This document shows, piece by piece, positions 49,496 through 58,849 of a stretch of DNA of 64,000 nucleotides. The DNA lies in assembly GCA_011364985.1 (NCBI GenBank), contig RDOC01000004.1, positions 96,001 through 160,000 of the forward strand, read 5' to 3'. Every line of letters starts with the position of its first letter. The first letter of the stretch is position 1. Under the pieces are notes generated by a model. It saw only the letters and a list, made by a program, of their open reading frames with translations, was not told the origin of the DNA and ran no database searches. The translations under genes were made by a program, and so were the position numbers. The stretch is from Candidatus Thorarchaeota archaeon. GTDB lineage: Archaea; Asgardarchaeota; Thorarchaeia; Thorarchaeales; Thorarchaeaceae.

Positions 49496-50074
49496 TCAGC
49501 TCTCAAGTTCCTCAAGTTGAAGGGAAACCATTTCAGGATATAGGTAGTTGCCAAGGATTGGTCGGACGATGGTCCTTTCAATGGCTAGTGCGAGAGCTGC
49601 CCAACCGAATGCCTGTACCATATCCACAACTGCCCCTAGGAGAATCAGTTCCGTAGGCAAGAGGAATATCGACAGGATGACTAGGTCAGCCAAGAAACCG
49701 CCAATAATTCCACCACCAAGGATTGCCATTGCAGTGTATTTCATGCTATCACGCTCTCTGGTCATATGAACGGCATAGCCAGTCCCGACACCCAATGCCA
49801 TATTTCCGATGAAGGGCACAAGTGGATAGGTAGTTCCGGAAATGATACCACCAAGGCCTACAATAAACCCAACGAAAATCCCTCCGGGAACGCCACCCAC
49901 AACTCCACCCAAAAGGGAGAAAGTGAACGCAGGGGTCAGCTCAGCAACATCAGGAACAAGCATGAACCAAAGAGTGGACCTAACAACAATGCCTACTGCT
50001 GCAATCATAGCAAGAGTGGTTATTGTCACAGTATTCAATCGAATTGGCACCGCCACCATCGCAAAAGGCTCCAC
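49496..50074 (-). CDS. ECF transporter S-component-like membrane protein
   Basis: Multiple TM helices, G..GG..G..VG pattern. Confidence 0.6.
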   Translation of the reverse strand: MEPFAMVAVPIRLNTVTITTLAMIAAVGIVVRSTLWFMLVPDVAELTPAFTFSLLGGVVGGVPGGIFVGFIVGLGGIISGTTYPLVPFIGNMALGVGTGYAVHMTRERDSMKYTAMAILGGGIIGGFLADLVILSIFLLPTELILLGAVVDMVQAFGWAALALAIERTIVRPILGNYLYPEMVSLQLEELES

Positions 50075-50080
50075 TTGAGT

Positions 50081-50458
50081 TTACTCTGAGTTGTCCGGCC
50101 AGCTCTCCAACAAGAACTTTCTGGTTTGATTGTACCACTCCTCAAGCTGAGCGAGTACTTGATCTCTGACCTCTGTGGAAGACACAGCGCTATACACGTA
50201 GTAATAGCCGCCACGGTCGAATGTCCTTTCCTCCTGTTCGACAAGGCCTTTCTGGCACAGCTTTTTCAGCACACGTTGAACAGTACTTCTATCTCGGCCG
50301 ACCTTTGATGCAATCTCTTTCACCGTCAGCGGCCCAGACATAAGCGAAAAGAGAGCATCAATCTCAGTACTCCTAAGACCAAAAGCACAGCAAAGGAGAT
50401 CCGATGGTTTATCAAACCCTTTCTCAAACAAGCCCACCAAGGCACTTCTAGTTGTCAT
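50081..50458 (-). CDS. TrmB-like HTH transcriptional regulator
   Basis: C.FGL, LTVKEIA..VGRDRSTVQR.L..L...GLV, GGY.YVY. Confidence 0.85.
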   Translation of the reverse strand: MTTRSALVGLFEKGFDKPSDLLCCAFGLRSTEIDALFSLMSGPLTVKEIASKVGRDRSTVQRVLKKLCQKGLVEQEERTFDRGGYYYVYSAVSSTEVRDQVLAQLEEWYNQTRKFLLESWPDNSE

Positions 50459-50579
50459 TCCAAATATAAAGCCAGAAGATTCGCCAGATAAGGGTTGTGC
50501 AATGGCTTGCACACTCGAATGGGCATAATACTGGCCTTCAAAAGATATGAAGTCAATAGCTGGATGGGTGCAAATCTAA

Positions 50580-51029
50580 ATGGACTTCAGCGCTCTAAGA
50601 GACGAGATGACTAGAAATCCTTGGGAAAGAACAGAAAGCGAAGAAAGACCATTGCAACCGGTCAATCTGGCTCCATTGAAAGGGGTTATTGAGACTGACG
50701 CAGTCAGATCCAAGGTTCTCAGAGTCCTAATCGAAGATGGTACTTGGGTCACCACTGCGGATCTTCTAAAAGAGGCACGAAAGGAGAGACCAATTCTAGG
50801 TGCAGTTTCTATTGGGACGATTCTCAACGGTTTAAACAACTTGGTGGCCTCGCGACTGATTCTTAGCAGAACCTCTTCAGCCGCAGGTACAGACTGGGCA
50901 GAGTGGAGGATAAATCCAGATTTGCTTAAACCAACAAGGAAGCTGCTGCAAATGCTGACCAGACCTAAATTCGAAAAGATGCTCCTTAGCAAGAATCAAT
51001 CAGAGGAAATTGGTGAGGTCAGGGAATAA
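50580..51029 (+). CDS. winged-helix DNA-binding-like protein
   Basis: VRSKVLRVL...W.T..DL...L..L....LI...WRIN. Confidence 0.55.
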   Translation: MDFSALRDEMTRNPWERTESEERPLQPVNLAPLKGVIETDAVRSKVLRVLIEDGTWVTTADLLKEARKERPILGAVSIGTILNGLNNLVASRLILSRTSSAAGTDWAEWRINPDLLKPTRKLLQMLTRPKFEKMLLSKNQSEEIGEVRE

Positions 51030-51066
51030 TAACGATGTATACTCAATATTGAGTAGCTAGAATTAG

Positions 51067-51822
51067 ATGAGTAGACTTATTAGGATGTGTTTGGGCGGAA
51101 GACCCATGCAGCATCAGAATAAGAACGAGGTGTCCCCCTCTACGGTTCGTGAGGGGAATGATGAAAATGAAATGGAAATGGAGATGCTTGGCATATCCAA
51201 GAGCAGCGAGAAAGTGAAAAAGGTGGCTGTAGCAGCCATTATGGCATCTCTTTCTGTGGCGGTAACGCCAATCGCCGCAGGCATCCCCAGAATCCCAGGA
51301 TTTGGAATTGCTATATTCGACCCAATCTCGCTCTTCTGGATGATTGCCTTTCTGATTGGAGGATTTTGGGTGGGACTTGTCAGCATGATAACGGGAGCAA
51401 TTATGTTGAACTTCTTCGACCCAACGCCCATTTTTGGGCCACTTCTGAAGTTCCTTGCAACGTTTCCGATGGTAGTACTACCATGGCTTGCAGTTCGCAA
51501 GACTGGAGATAAAAGGCATAGTCGACTTCTATCCGTTGCTGCGAAGGTTGCTCAACGAAAGGAGCCCTCCCATCAAGGGGGAATCATTCTATCTGGGGAA
51601 CGTGTTTTTGGTGCTTTGATGATGGTCTCCTATTTGATCAGAATCTCAATGATGGTTCCAGTAAATCTTGTCGTTGTTCCCTTCATATGGGGTGTGACTG
51701 ATGCGGGTTTCATCATCACCTATACTCTCATTCTAAACACCCTTCAGAGCTTCTGGGATGCTTTGATTCCATTCATCGTGGTTCATCGAACCCCAGTATT
51801 CAGGAATTATGGTATGTGGTAG
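51067..51822 (+). CDS. ECF transporter S-component-like membrane protein
   Basis: A..A.LS, P.IP.F....FDP, GP..KF.AT; true start probably downstream. Confidence 0.65.
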   Translation: MSRLIRMCLGGRPMQHQNKNEVSPSTVREGNDENEMEMEMLGISKSSEKVKKVAVAAIMASLSVAVTPIAAGIPRIPGFGIAIFDPISLFWMIAFLIGGFWVGLVSMITGAIMLNFFDPTPIFGPLLKFLATFPMVVLPWLAVRKTGDKRHSRLLSVAAKVAQRKEPSHQGGIILSGERVFGALMMVSYLIRISMMVPVNLVVVPFIWGVTDAGFIITYTLILNTLQSFWDALIPFIVVHRTPVFRNYGMW

Positions 51823-51914
51823 ATCTCCAGCAGAAGTACTCGCGGAGAAGAGGGAATCCTAGAAACCGCTATATGCGTCACACCGTATGGTGACCCAATC
51901 TGGAATGAGAAACA

Positions 51915-52733
51915 ATGCGAAGATGCGAATATTGTGACAGTCCAGTTCCCGCAGATGCAACTGTCTGTCCAGTTTGCAAGGAGAAAATTGCTCAGGAGGC
52001 CCTAGAACGCATTCTTCCGCTCTTGAAAAGGCCTGATGCGCCAGATGTTCGAGAAATGGGTATCCTTGAACGTACATGGAATGTGATTAGAAGACCTGGG
52101 GCGGCCTTTCGTGACATCGGGCAGCGGCCAGATGCAGCAGGACCGCTTTTGGTAGTACTTGCTAATGCACTAATTGTTGCAGGGTTGTTTCTCGCGCTAT
52201 CATCGAAGTTTTACAGCCGGGTCCTTGTAAATGCTACCACAGGCACATATGCAGACATCAGCATCATCTTCCTTGACGGTGGCTCTTCGGTATTAATAGC
52301 AGCTCTCGTATCGATTCTTCCAAACATAATGCTAGGTATGCTCTATCTCTTTGTTGGCAGTGCTTTTGCTCATTTGGCCTTCAGAATAACAGGGGGAACA
52401 GGGAGCAAGATGAAAACGCTTTCTGTTGTTGGTTATAGCATGATTCCCGTGGTTCTATTTCGGCTTATTGCCTTGGCTCTTGTATTCGTTGCAACTCTAC
52501 CCATTCAGGTATCAGGTATTGGAGACCCTAACATCCCAGAAATCATCGCCTCATTGTATTCTTCTAGTACTTGGATGATGATTGATTACATAACGGTAGC
52601 GGCCTTCTTCTGGACAGGATTCCTTTTGATATTTGGAATCAGAGAAGCGCATGATACATCAACGTCCTGGGCGTTCTTGGTTGCACTAGGATGTATGATT
52701 GTCCTCATCTGGACCTTTTGGCAGGTTCATTAG
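51915..52733 (+). CDS. Zn-ribbon plus Yip1-domain membrane protein
   Basis: CEYC...CPVC; W.VI..P..AF..I, AHL..RI.GG.G, VGYS..P, W...L...GI. Confidence 0.75.
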   Translation: MRRCEYCDSPVPADATVCPVCKEKIAQEALERILPLLKRPDAPDVREMGILERTWNVIRRPGAAFRDIGQRPDAAGPLLVVLANALIVAGLFLALSSKFYSRVLVNATTGTYADISIIFLDGGSSVLIAALVSILPNIMLGMLYLFVGSAFAHLAFRITGGTGSKMKTLSVVGYSMIPVVLFRLIALALVFVATLPIQVSGIGDPNIPEIIASLYSSSTWMMIDYITVAAFFWTGFLLIFGIREAHDTSTSWAFLVALGCMIVLIWTFWQVH

Positions 52734-53701
52734 ATTGCGAGGATTATGTCAAACAAAGGAATCGCAACAAATGCAACTAGACCGATAAGAGCACCAATCT
52801 TGTCAAGTGTACTGCCGATGAGAAGTCGCTTTGCGTCTGTGGGTCCTGTCAAGGGGGCGATACCAGCCCCTGTGACAACGACACAACCTGATATTAGTAG
52901 GGGCCAAAGAACCCAGTTGGCAAATCCAAGCAACCACACAGAAGCAAAGCAAATCACGCCTACGGCATTTAGGAGAGCCGCAATAAAAGCAGCTGTTTCG
53001 TGACCATAAACCCGAGCGATTGTTCTCACATCACGAATAGCATCACCCTTCACATCCTCTGCACCCTTGATTGTCTCTCTGGCTTGAAGAATCATGAAAG
53101 CTGTCAGAAAGAACAGCCATACTGGCAAAGGAATTACAAATGCTCGGGTAATGCCTCCGGCAACTTCTCCATATACTACGGAGCCATAGACTATCCCGAA
53201 GGCAAAAGAAAAAGCAACCATGATATTGCCTGCAAGTCCAAGTGATTTTACTTTTGCAGCATAAGCGTAAGCAATAGCTACAAACACTATCACTACAAAC
53301 AGGCTAACATATCTTCCTTGCGTCAGATTGACTGCAATACCAAGCCACGAGAAGAATACACCAATAATGACCCAGAATGTAACATAATACCAAGCCTGCT
53401 TAATCGTCATTCTTCCGCTTGGTAAGGCACGATGGGGTCTGTTTATTCTGTCAATCTCTATGTCATAAATATCATTCACAATATTGCCGCCAGCAGCAAC
53501 TGCGAAATATGTGATATAGGAGTATATGAAGAGATCAAGAAAATCCCATAGGCTTGTGGTTAGAGGGAATAGCTTGAATCCCATCGCGATTCCAGCTATT
53601 ACTGTAAGACCACCGATGAAGCAGTTTTGCGGTCGGATAATTGTCAGGAACGCCTTTGCATCAAAACGGGGTTCCTCAGGCTGTATCCTTGGCTCAGTCA
53701 T
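52730..53701 (-). CDS. digeranylgeranylglyceryl phosphate synthase (UbiA family)
   Basis: RP.NC, NDIYDIEIDRINRP.R.LPSG, RE..K..EDV.GD. Confidence 0.9.
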   Translation of the reverse strand: MTEPRIQPEEPRFDAKAFLTIIRPQNCFIGGLTVIAGIAMGFKLFPLTTSLWDFLDLFIYSYITYFAVAAGGNIVNDIYDIEIDRINRPHRALPSGRMTIKQAWYYVTFWVIIGVFFSWLGIAVNLTQGRYVSLFVVIVFVAIAYAYAAKVKSLGLAGNIMVAFSFAFGIVYGSVVYGEVAGGITRAFVIPLPVWLFFLTAFMILQARETIKGAEDVKGDAIRDVRTIARVYGHETAAFIAALLNAVGVICFASVWLLGFANWVLWPLLISGCVVVTGAGIAPLTGPTDAKRLLIGSTLDKIGALIGLVAFVAIPLFDIILAI

Positions 53702-53821
53702 CGCAGAACATTCCTCCACTATGTTCCCACGCTCAGCTGCGATTAAAGACTTCCGTTAAACATTGGAATAACCCAATGACTCTTATCTCAGTCAATTCTC
53801 GACCATATCATGTGAGCTGCA

Positions 53822-54328
53822 ATGTTCGAAGACTTACCACGTGAAACTCTTTTGAAATTGATTGATGCCTACGCCAAGGCCTGGCAGGCAATGGATGGGG
53901 CATACTTCCTTGCCCTTGAGAAGAAGTATGGGATAAATGTAGCAATAGAGATGGATGAAGAAGCCTGGCGTATCTTCTCTCCTATTGAGGCAAAGAGAAT
54001 CATGAGAGAGTTCGGAATCCCGGAGAATGGAGGACTCGAGGCATTAGAGAAAGCATTGAACTTCAGAGTTTATGCTGCACTTAACACTCAGTCAGCAGAA
54101 TATGTAGATGAGAACAAGCTCATCTTCAAGATGCATGAGTGCAGAGTGCAGGTGGCGAGGAACAGGAAGGGTCTTCCCGATTTCCCATGCAAGTCAGTGG
54201 GCCTGATCGAATATGAGGAGTTTGCGAAGACCTTAGATCCCCGCATTAGGACACGATGCATTAGCTGCCCTCCAGATCCTCACCCCCCAGACTATTATTG
54301 TGCATGGGAGTTCACGTTGGAGAAGTGA
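53822..54328 (+). CDS. DUF6125-like protein
   Basis: W.A.DG.YF..LE..YG...A...D, CRVQ.AR.RKGL..FPCK, C..CPPD.HP....C.WEF. Confidence 0.7.
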   Translation: MFEDLPRETLLKLIDAYAKAWQAMDGAYFLALEKKYGINVAIEMDEEAWRIFSPIEAKRIMREFGIPENGGLEALEKALNFRVYAALNTQSAEYVDENKLIFKMHECRVQVARNRKGLPDFPCKSVGLIEYEEFAKTLDPRIRTRCISCPPDPHPPDYYCAWEFTLEK

Positions 54329-54333
54329 AATAA

Positions 54334-55176
54334 CTGGACTCTATTAGGTTTGGACCAGCTGGGTATCCGGAAGAAGCAAAAGGGAATGTAAAACGTGTAT
54401 TTGAAATTCTAAAAGAAGCCGAATTGAACGCCTTGGAATATGCTGCAGTGTATGGCCTCAGAGTGAGTGAAAAAAAAGCCCACGAGATTGGGAGACTTGC
54501 AAGAAAGTATGGGATTGCAATGAGTATGCATGCAGCATATTATATCAGTCTAGTTTCAAAAGACCTAGCTGTAAGGAAACGTTCAAGAGAGAGGCTTGTG
54601 AAGGCGCTCAGATTTGCTCCCTTAATGGAAGTCAAGAGAATTGTTTTCCATTCTGGAGGCTATAGCGGACATAGTCCGCAGGAAGCATATGCAGCTGTAA
54701 GAGATGCCTTAATCGATGTCTGGGAAACTGCCGGACGAGAATCAGGAGATGCAATCCTCATGCCAGAAATTGCTGGAAAAATCAGGGCCTTTGGGTCTGT
54801 GGAAGAACTGATCAGTCTGTCTCAAGAGGTAGACCACGTGCTCCCTACCATAGATTGGGCTCATCTCTATGCAAGATCCCAAGGTAAAATATGTGATAGA
54901 CCACAGTTCCTTCAAGTTCTGGAAGCCTTCGAGAAGGCTCTCGGAAAAGAGTTTACAGACAATATGCATTTCCATGTGAGTGGGATTACGTTCACAGAGA
55001 GAGGAGAGAAGGAACATAGACCATTAGGTGGAAGATGGGGACCCGATATCTTGCCACTAATGGACATCGTTAGAGAAATTGGCTACAAGCCCACGTTCAT
55101 ATCTGAAACACCACCTCCGCTAACCGGTGCTCTTTATGCCAAGTTCCTGCTTCACGAGCTGGAGAGAATCAAATGA
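54334..55176 (+). CDS. nfo: endonuclease IV-like TIM-barrel AP endonuclease, probable CTG start
   Basis: (L)DSIRFGPAG N-terminus upstream of the listed start; HAAYYI, FH.G, E..GK, DWAH..AR, HFH.SG. Confidence 0.85.
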   Translation: MDSIRFGPAGYPEEAKGNVKRVFEILKEAELNALEYAAVYGLRVSEKKAHEIGRLARKYGIAMSMHAAYYISLVSKDLAVRKRSRERLVKALRFAPLMEVKRIVFHSGGYSGHSPQEAYAAVRDALIDVWETAGRESGDAILMPEIAGKIRAFGSVEELISLSQEVDHVLPTIDWAHLYARSQGKICDRPQFLQVLEAFEKALGKEFTDNMHFHVSGITFTERGEKEHRPLGGRWGPDILPLMDIVREIGYKPTFISETPPPLTGALYAKFLLHELERIK

Positions 55177-56516
55177 CGAGATACGTGTTTGTTCTGGGAA
55201 AGAATTGGATGCTTGGAATTGCAGAACTGATAGTCTACCTTCGAGATAGGAATCTTGCCAAGGAAGTCCTTGACTACACTAGAACCACGGCCATTGTTGA
55301 TATTCAAGAAGACCTGAAGGATGTGGAATTGATAGACGTCCTTGGTGCGTTGGGAGGATCATTCAAGATTGCCAGAGTTGTCTCTGTCTATGACAGAATA
55401 CTACTGGAGGAAGCATTTCCAGCGAAGGGCAAGGTTCAGAAGCAGGCACGGGCACTACTTCAGCAAGTTCCGTGGGCAAAGAAGACTTGGAAAAATGTAA
55501 AGAACAAGAAGGTCAAATTTGCAGTAAGTACATATTCAACATATGCCAAACAAACCACTATAGACCTTCGCAAACTCACGATGGGATTCAATGAGTGGAC
55601 AAAACAGCAGCTAATCAGAATGGGAGCAAGAAAGGTGATTTACTATGTTTATGAAGGTCCTGACAAGAGAGGAGCAAAGAGACCTAATGTAGCGCTATGG
55701 CCAAAATCTATTGCCAGACATGGCCTCCTAAGTCCTCCAAATGCTGAAATAATCATGGCTATTGCGGAGTCTTCCGTCTATGTGGCAAAAACGATTGGGG
55801 TTTATGATGCCCAGCTTCAGAGATACAGAGATGAATCACGACCGTATATTTCAGAAGAGGTTAGTACCAGTCCCAAACTCTGCAGAGCTCTGCTGAATTT
55901 CGCGGGAACACGAACGGGAGACACTATTCTTGACCCGTTCTGCGGTTCCGGAACGCTACTGATGGAAGCAGCACTCCTAGGAATGAAGTGCGTGGGCGTT
56001 GACATTGATGCCAATGCCGCCAATGGAGCCAAGCAGAATCTGAGATGGCTCAGTAGAGACCTAGGAGAAAGAATGAGCTTCAAGATCGTTAAGGGTGACT
56101 CTCAACAGATTGACGAACTCATCACCGAGAAGATCGATGCTGTTGCTTCTGAACCAGAATTAGGACCAGTGCATAAAGATAGACCGACGAAAGAAGAAGC
56201 AGTACGCCATATTTCGGAGCTGACTCAGCTCTACAGAACGGTTCTGTTGAAGATAGGTAAGATACTGCGATCTGAGGGCAGAATAGGAATGACTATTCCA
56301 GTTATTAATTCAAAAGACGGACAACTCTCCATAGACCTTGAAGAAATGACCGCCGGAACGGAGTTTCACGTTCTCATGATGCTTCCCAAGGAGGCATTTG
56401 AGTCATCCATACCCAAGAGCAAGCAACTGAAGATTACACCTGATAGGCCCGTACTTCCAGAGAGAAAGAGAGGGCAAGTAGTGGAGCGAGGGGTAGTGAT
56501 GCTTGGAAGATACTAG
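55173..56516 (+). CDS. Trm11/TrmG10-like tRNA methyltransferase
   Basis: RD..RP, TSPKL.R.LLN, LDPFCGSGT.L.EA. Confidence 0.8.
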   Translation: MTRYVFVLGKNWMLGIAELIVYLRDRNLAKEVLDYTRTTAIVDIQEDLKDVELIDVLGALGGSFKIARVVSVYDRILLEEAFPAKGKVQKQARALLQQVPWAKKTWKNVKNKKVKFAVSTYSTYAKQTTIDLRKLTMGFNEWTKQQLIRMGARKVIYYVYEGPDKRGAKRPNVALWPKSIARHGLLSPPNAEIIMAIAESSVYVAKTIGVYDAQLQRYRDESRPYISEEVSTSPKLCRALLNFAGTRTGDTILDPFCGSGTLLMEAALLGMKCVGVDIDANAANGAKQNLRWLSRDLGERMSFKIVKGDSQQIDELITEKIDAVASEPELGPVHKDRPTKEEAVRHISELTQLYRTVLLKIGKILRSEGRIGMTIPVINSKDGQLSIDLEEMTAGTEFHVLMMLPKEAFESSIPKSKQLKITPDRPVLPERKRGQVVERGVVMLGRY

Positions 56517-57346
56517 AACAGATGGCGTATCACATCATCAATGATTGCGTAAGTCTGAAGCCGCTGGAGGTCTGACTTGACATAAGGCATTGCTTCACCA
56601 AATATCATATCCTTGTATGCCTTCTCAGGCACGGTTTCTCGAGCAGCTTTTGTCAATACTTGCAGAATCTCTTCAAGACACACCTTCAAAGCTCTATACG
56701 GGACCGCATAGACATCAATCCCAAGTACTTCAATTCCAGCCTCATCCACAGGGACATCTACGAGGAATTCATATTCCTTTTTAAGAGGTTCCATGAGTTT
56801 CTTAACACGTCCAACCAGTGTTCGTCGAGTGGACTTGGGGACTTGCACCCGCATAATCGCTCTGTACAAATGACTGAAAACTGAGAGAGCATCCATTGAT
56901 TTTCCAGCCATTAGACTATCATCAGTTTCCTCATATTGGCTGACAATTTCATCCACAAATTCGCCGAAGTCCTTGAACGTATCTGGTTCTCCATTCCAGT
57001 GCTCAAGGACATTTGCTAGAAACTGACCCTCAGGAACCTTTTGTTTCGAGAACTCATTCAATGCGTATCGGAGAAGAAAACGCATGTGGCTTATTCTAGC
57101 ACCCTTTGAAACCACCATGACAAATAGAAGGTCGTCATTTGCTTCCCAAATGTAACGATTCGTTTCAGTGTCAACCGTTGTAAGATTCTCATTAGATGCC
57201 TTATCAATAAAGGTATGAGTTGCGCTCAGAAATGGTGCAATTAGATCCATGTCGATCTCGATGCCAGAGTAGGCACGAGCCACGAGATTCCTTCCGCTAC
57301 CTCGCTCAATAAGCCAGACTCCGTGAATACATCGTCGATCAGACAT
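56513..57346 (-). CDS. longin-like domain protein
   Basis: N-terminus IHGVWLI..GSG..L..R.Y...D.DLI..FLSA...F, typical of longin/sigma-type folds. Confidence 0.55.
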   Translation of the reverse strand: MSDRRCIHGVWLIERGSGRNLVARAYSGIEIDMDLIAPFLSATHTFIDKASNENLTTVDTETNRYIWEANDDLLFVMVVSKGARISHMRFLLRYALNEFSKQKVPEGQFLANVLEHWNGEPDTFKDFGEFVDEIVSQYEETDDSLMAGKSMDALSVFSHLYRAIMRVQVPKSTRRTLVGRVKKLMEPLKKEYEFLVDVPVDEAGIEVLGIDVYAVPYRALKVCLEEILQVLTKAARETVPEKAYKDMIFGEAMPYVKSDLQRLQTYAIIDDVIRHLF

Positions 57347-57488
57347 TGCAATACATTACTCCTAGACATGAATCTGATACTCTGAAAAATAAGCGTTTGT
57401 CGGATGTTAGAGGGATATATTCCAATATTACTCGGAGAGAGAAAGTGATGGAGCAAGAGGACTGGATTGCCCACTCCCCTTGCTCGGT

Positions 57489-58454
57489 CTATGTTGTTGT
57501 TATGCCAAGTCGTTCAACCATTTCCTTGTAGCGGTTCCTCACGGTCACTTCCGTCACTCGAGCAGTTCGGGCAATTTCTAGCTGAGTGCGTCGCTGACCG
57601 GTGAGAATACTCGCCACATAGATCGCAGCTGCTGCCATTCCTTTGGGGTCCTTGCCTATTGTTAGCCTCTCCTCCCTAGCTTTCTCCAAGATGTCAATCG
57701 CTGCCTTCTTAGCATCTCCTGGTAGTCCCAGTTCTGTGCCAAAGCGATGGACAAACTCGACCGGGTTGCTGTGGGGAATTTTGAGATTCAGATATCGAAG
57801 AATGAGTCTTACACATAGACTCAATTCCTTACGAGTGATGTGTATCTGATCGCACACTTCTTCCAACGGTCTCGGAACCTGATGGACTCTACAGGCGAGG
57901 TACAATGAGGCAGCAATCATCCCGAGAATTGTGCGTCCACGAGTAAGACGCTTTCGAAGAGCCTTACGATAGATCACCGCCGAGGTTTCTCGAATAGAGT
58001 ACGGAATACTCAATTGCGAACTGATTCGGTGGAGCTCTGTCATTGCAACTGCAAGATTACGCTTGTCAGAGGAATGAACCTTGGTACGTATTTGCCATTT
58101 ACGTAGTCGGTGTATCTGAGCTCGTCTAGTAGACGTAAGCTTTCGTCCTGAGGCATCAACATTCTGACGACCAATGATTGTTGTAAGGCCTTGATCGAAC
58201 TTACTCCAATCAGTGGGACCACCCACTCGTTGCCTTGCGTTCTGCTCATCTGCAGTGAAGGCACGCCACTCTGGGCCCATGTCGATGGAATGATCAGAAA
58301 GAACAAGTCCACAGTTGGAGCAGATCACCTCACCACGGGTCACATCGATATAGACTTCATCAGAACTACACGTAGAACAAACGTATCGAGCTGCACCAAG
58401 CTTTGCATCCCTGGTTTTTCTAGTCTGGGCATGTTTACTGACCAGTGCGATCAT
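57489..58454 (-). CDS. tfb: transcription initiation factor IIB
   Basis: Zn ribbon C..C...GEVIC..CGLV, GPEWRAF, two cyclin repeats, GKDP.G.AAA, VTEVTVRNRYKE; start uncertain. Confidence 0.95.
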   Translation of the reverse strand: MIALVSKHAQTRKTRDAKLGAARYVCSTCSSDEVYIDVTRGEVICSNCGLVLSDHSIDMGPEWRAFTADEQNARQRVGGPTDWSKFDQGLTTIIGRQNVDASGRKLTSTRRAQIHRLRKWQIRTKVHSSDKRNLAVAMTELHRISSQLSIPYSIRETSAVIYRKALRKRLTRGRTILGMIAASLYLACRVHQVPRPLEEVCDQIHITRKELSLCVRLILRYLNLKIPHSNPVEFVHRFGTELGLPGDAKKAAIDILEKAREERLTIGKDPKGMAAAAIYVASILTGQRRTQLEIARTARVTEVTVRNRYKEMVERLGITTT

Positions 58455-58849
58455 CTCCCTGCAAGCCCCATCCTTTAGGGGTTTTGCAAGAGTAGTTACG
58501 GAATTAGTGCAGTACGTCCCTCCATGGCGCATGAAGAGACAAGCTACTTTCGGCGGATGCTGAGGGCAGTTCTTCTGAAAGAAGAACACATCTGCGCACA
58601 AGGAAAAGCATTATAAACTCTTTGCAAATTCTTGCAATTTATTTGTGCAAATGGGCAATGAAAAGTAATTTCGGCTCGGAAGAACAACAGAAAACGACGT
58701 GGATACCAGGGAGCATAGAATATATGATTTGTCAAGCACCAAAGTGGCCGTAGCTCCGGATAGTATTATAACAGCACATGTAGACCTTCTTTGTACGTCA
58801 TTCAAGGGCTCATGTCAGAAGTCCGCAACATGATTCAAGGTGAATAACG

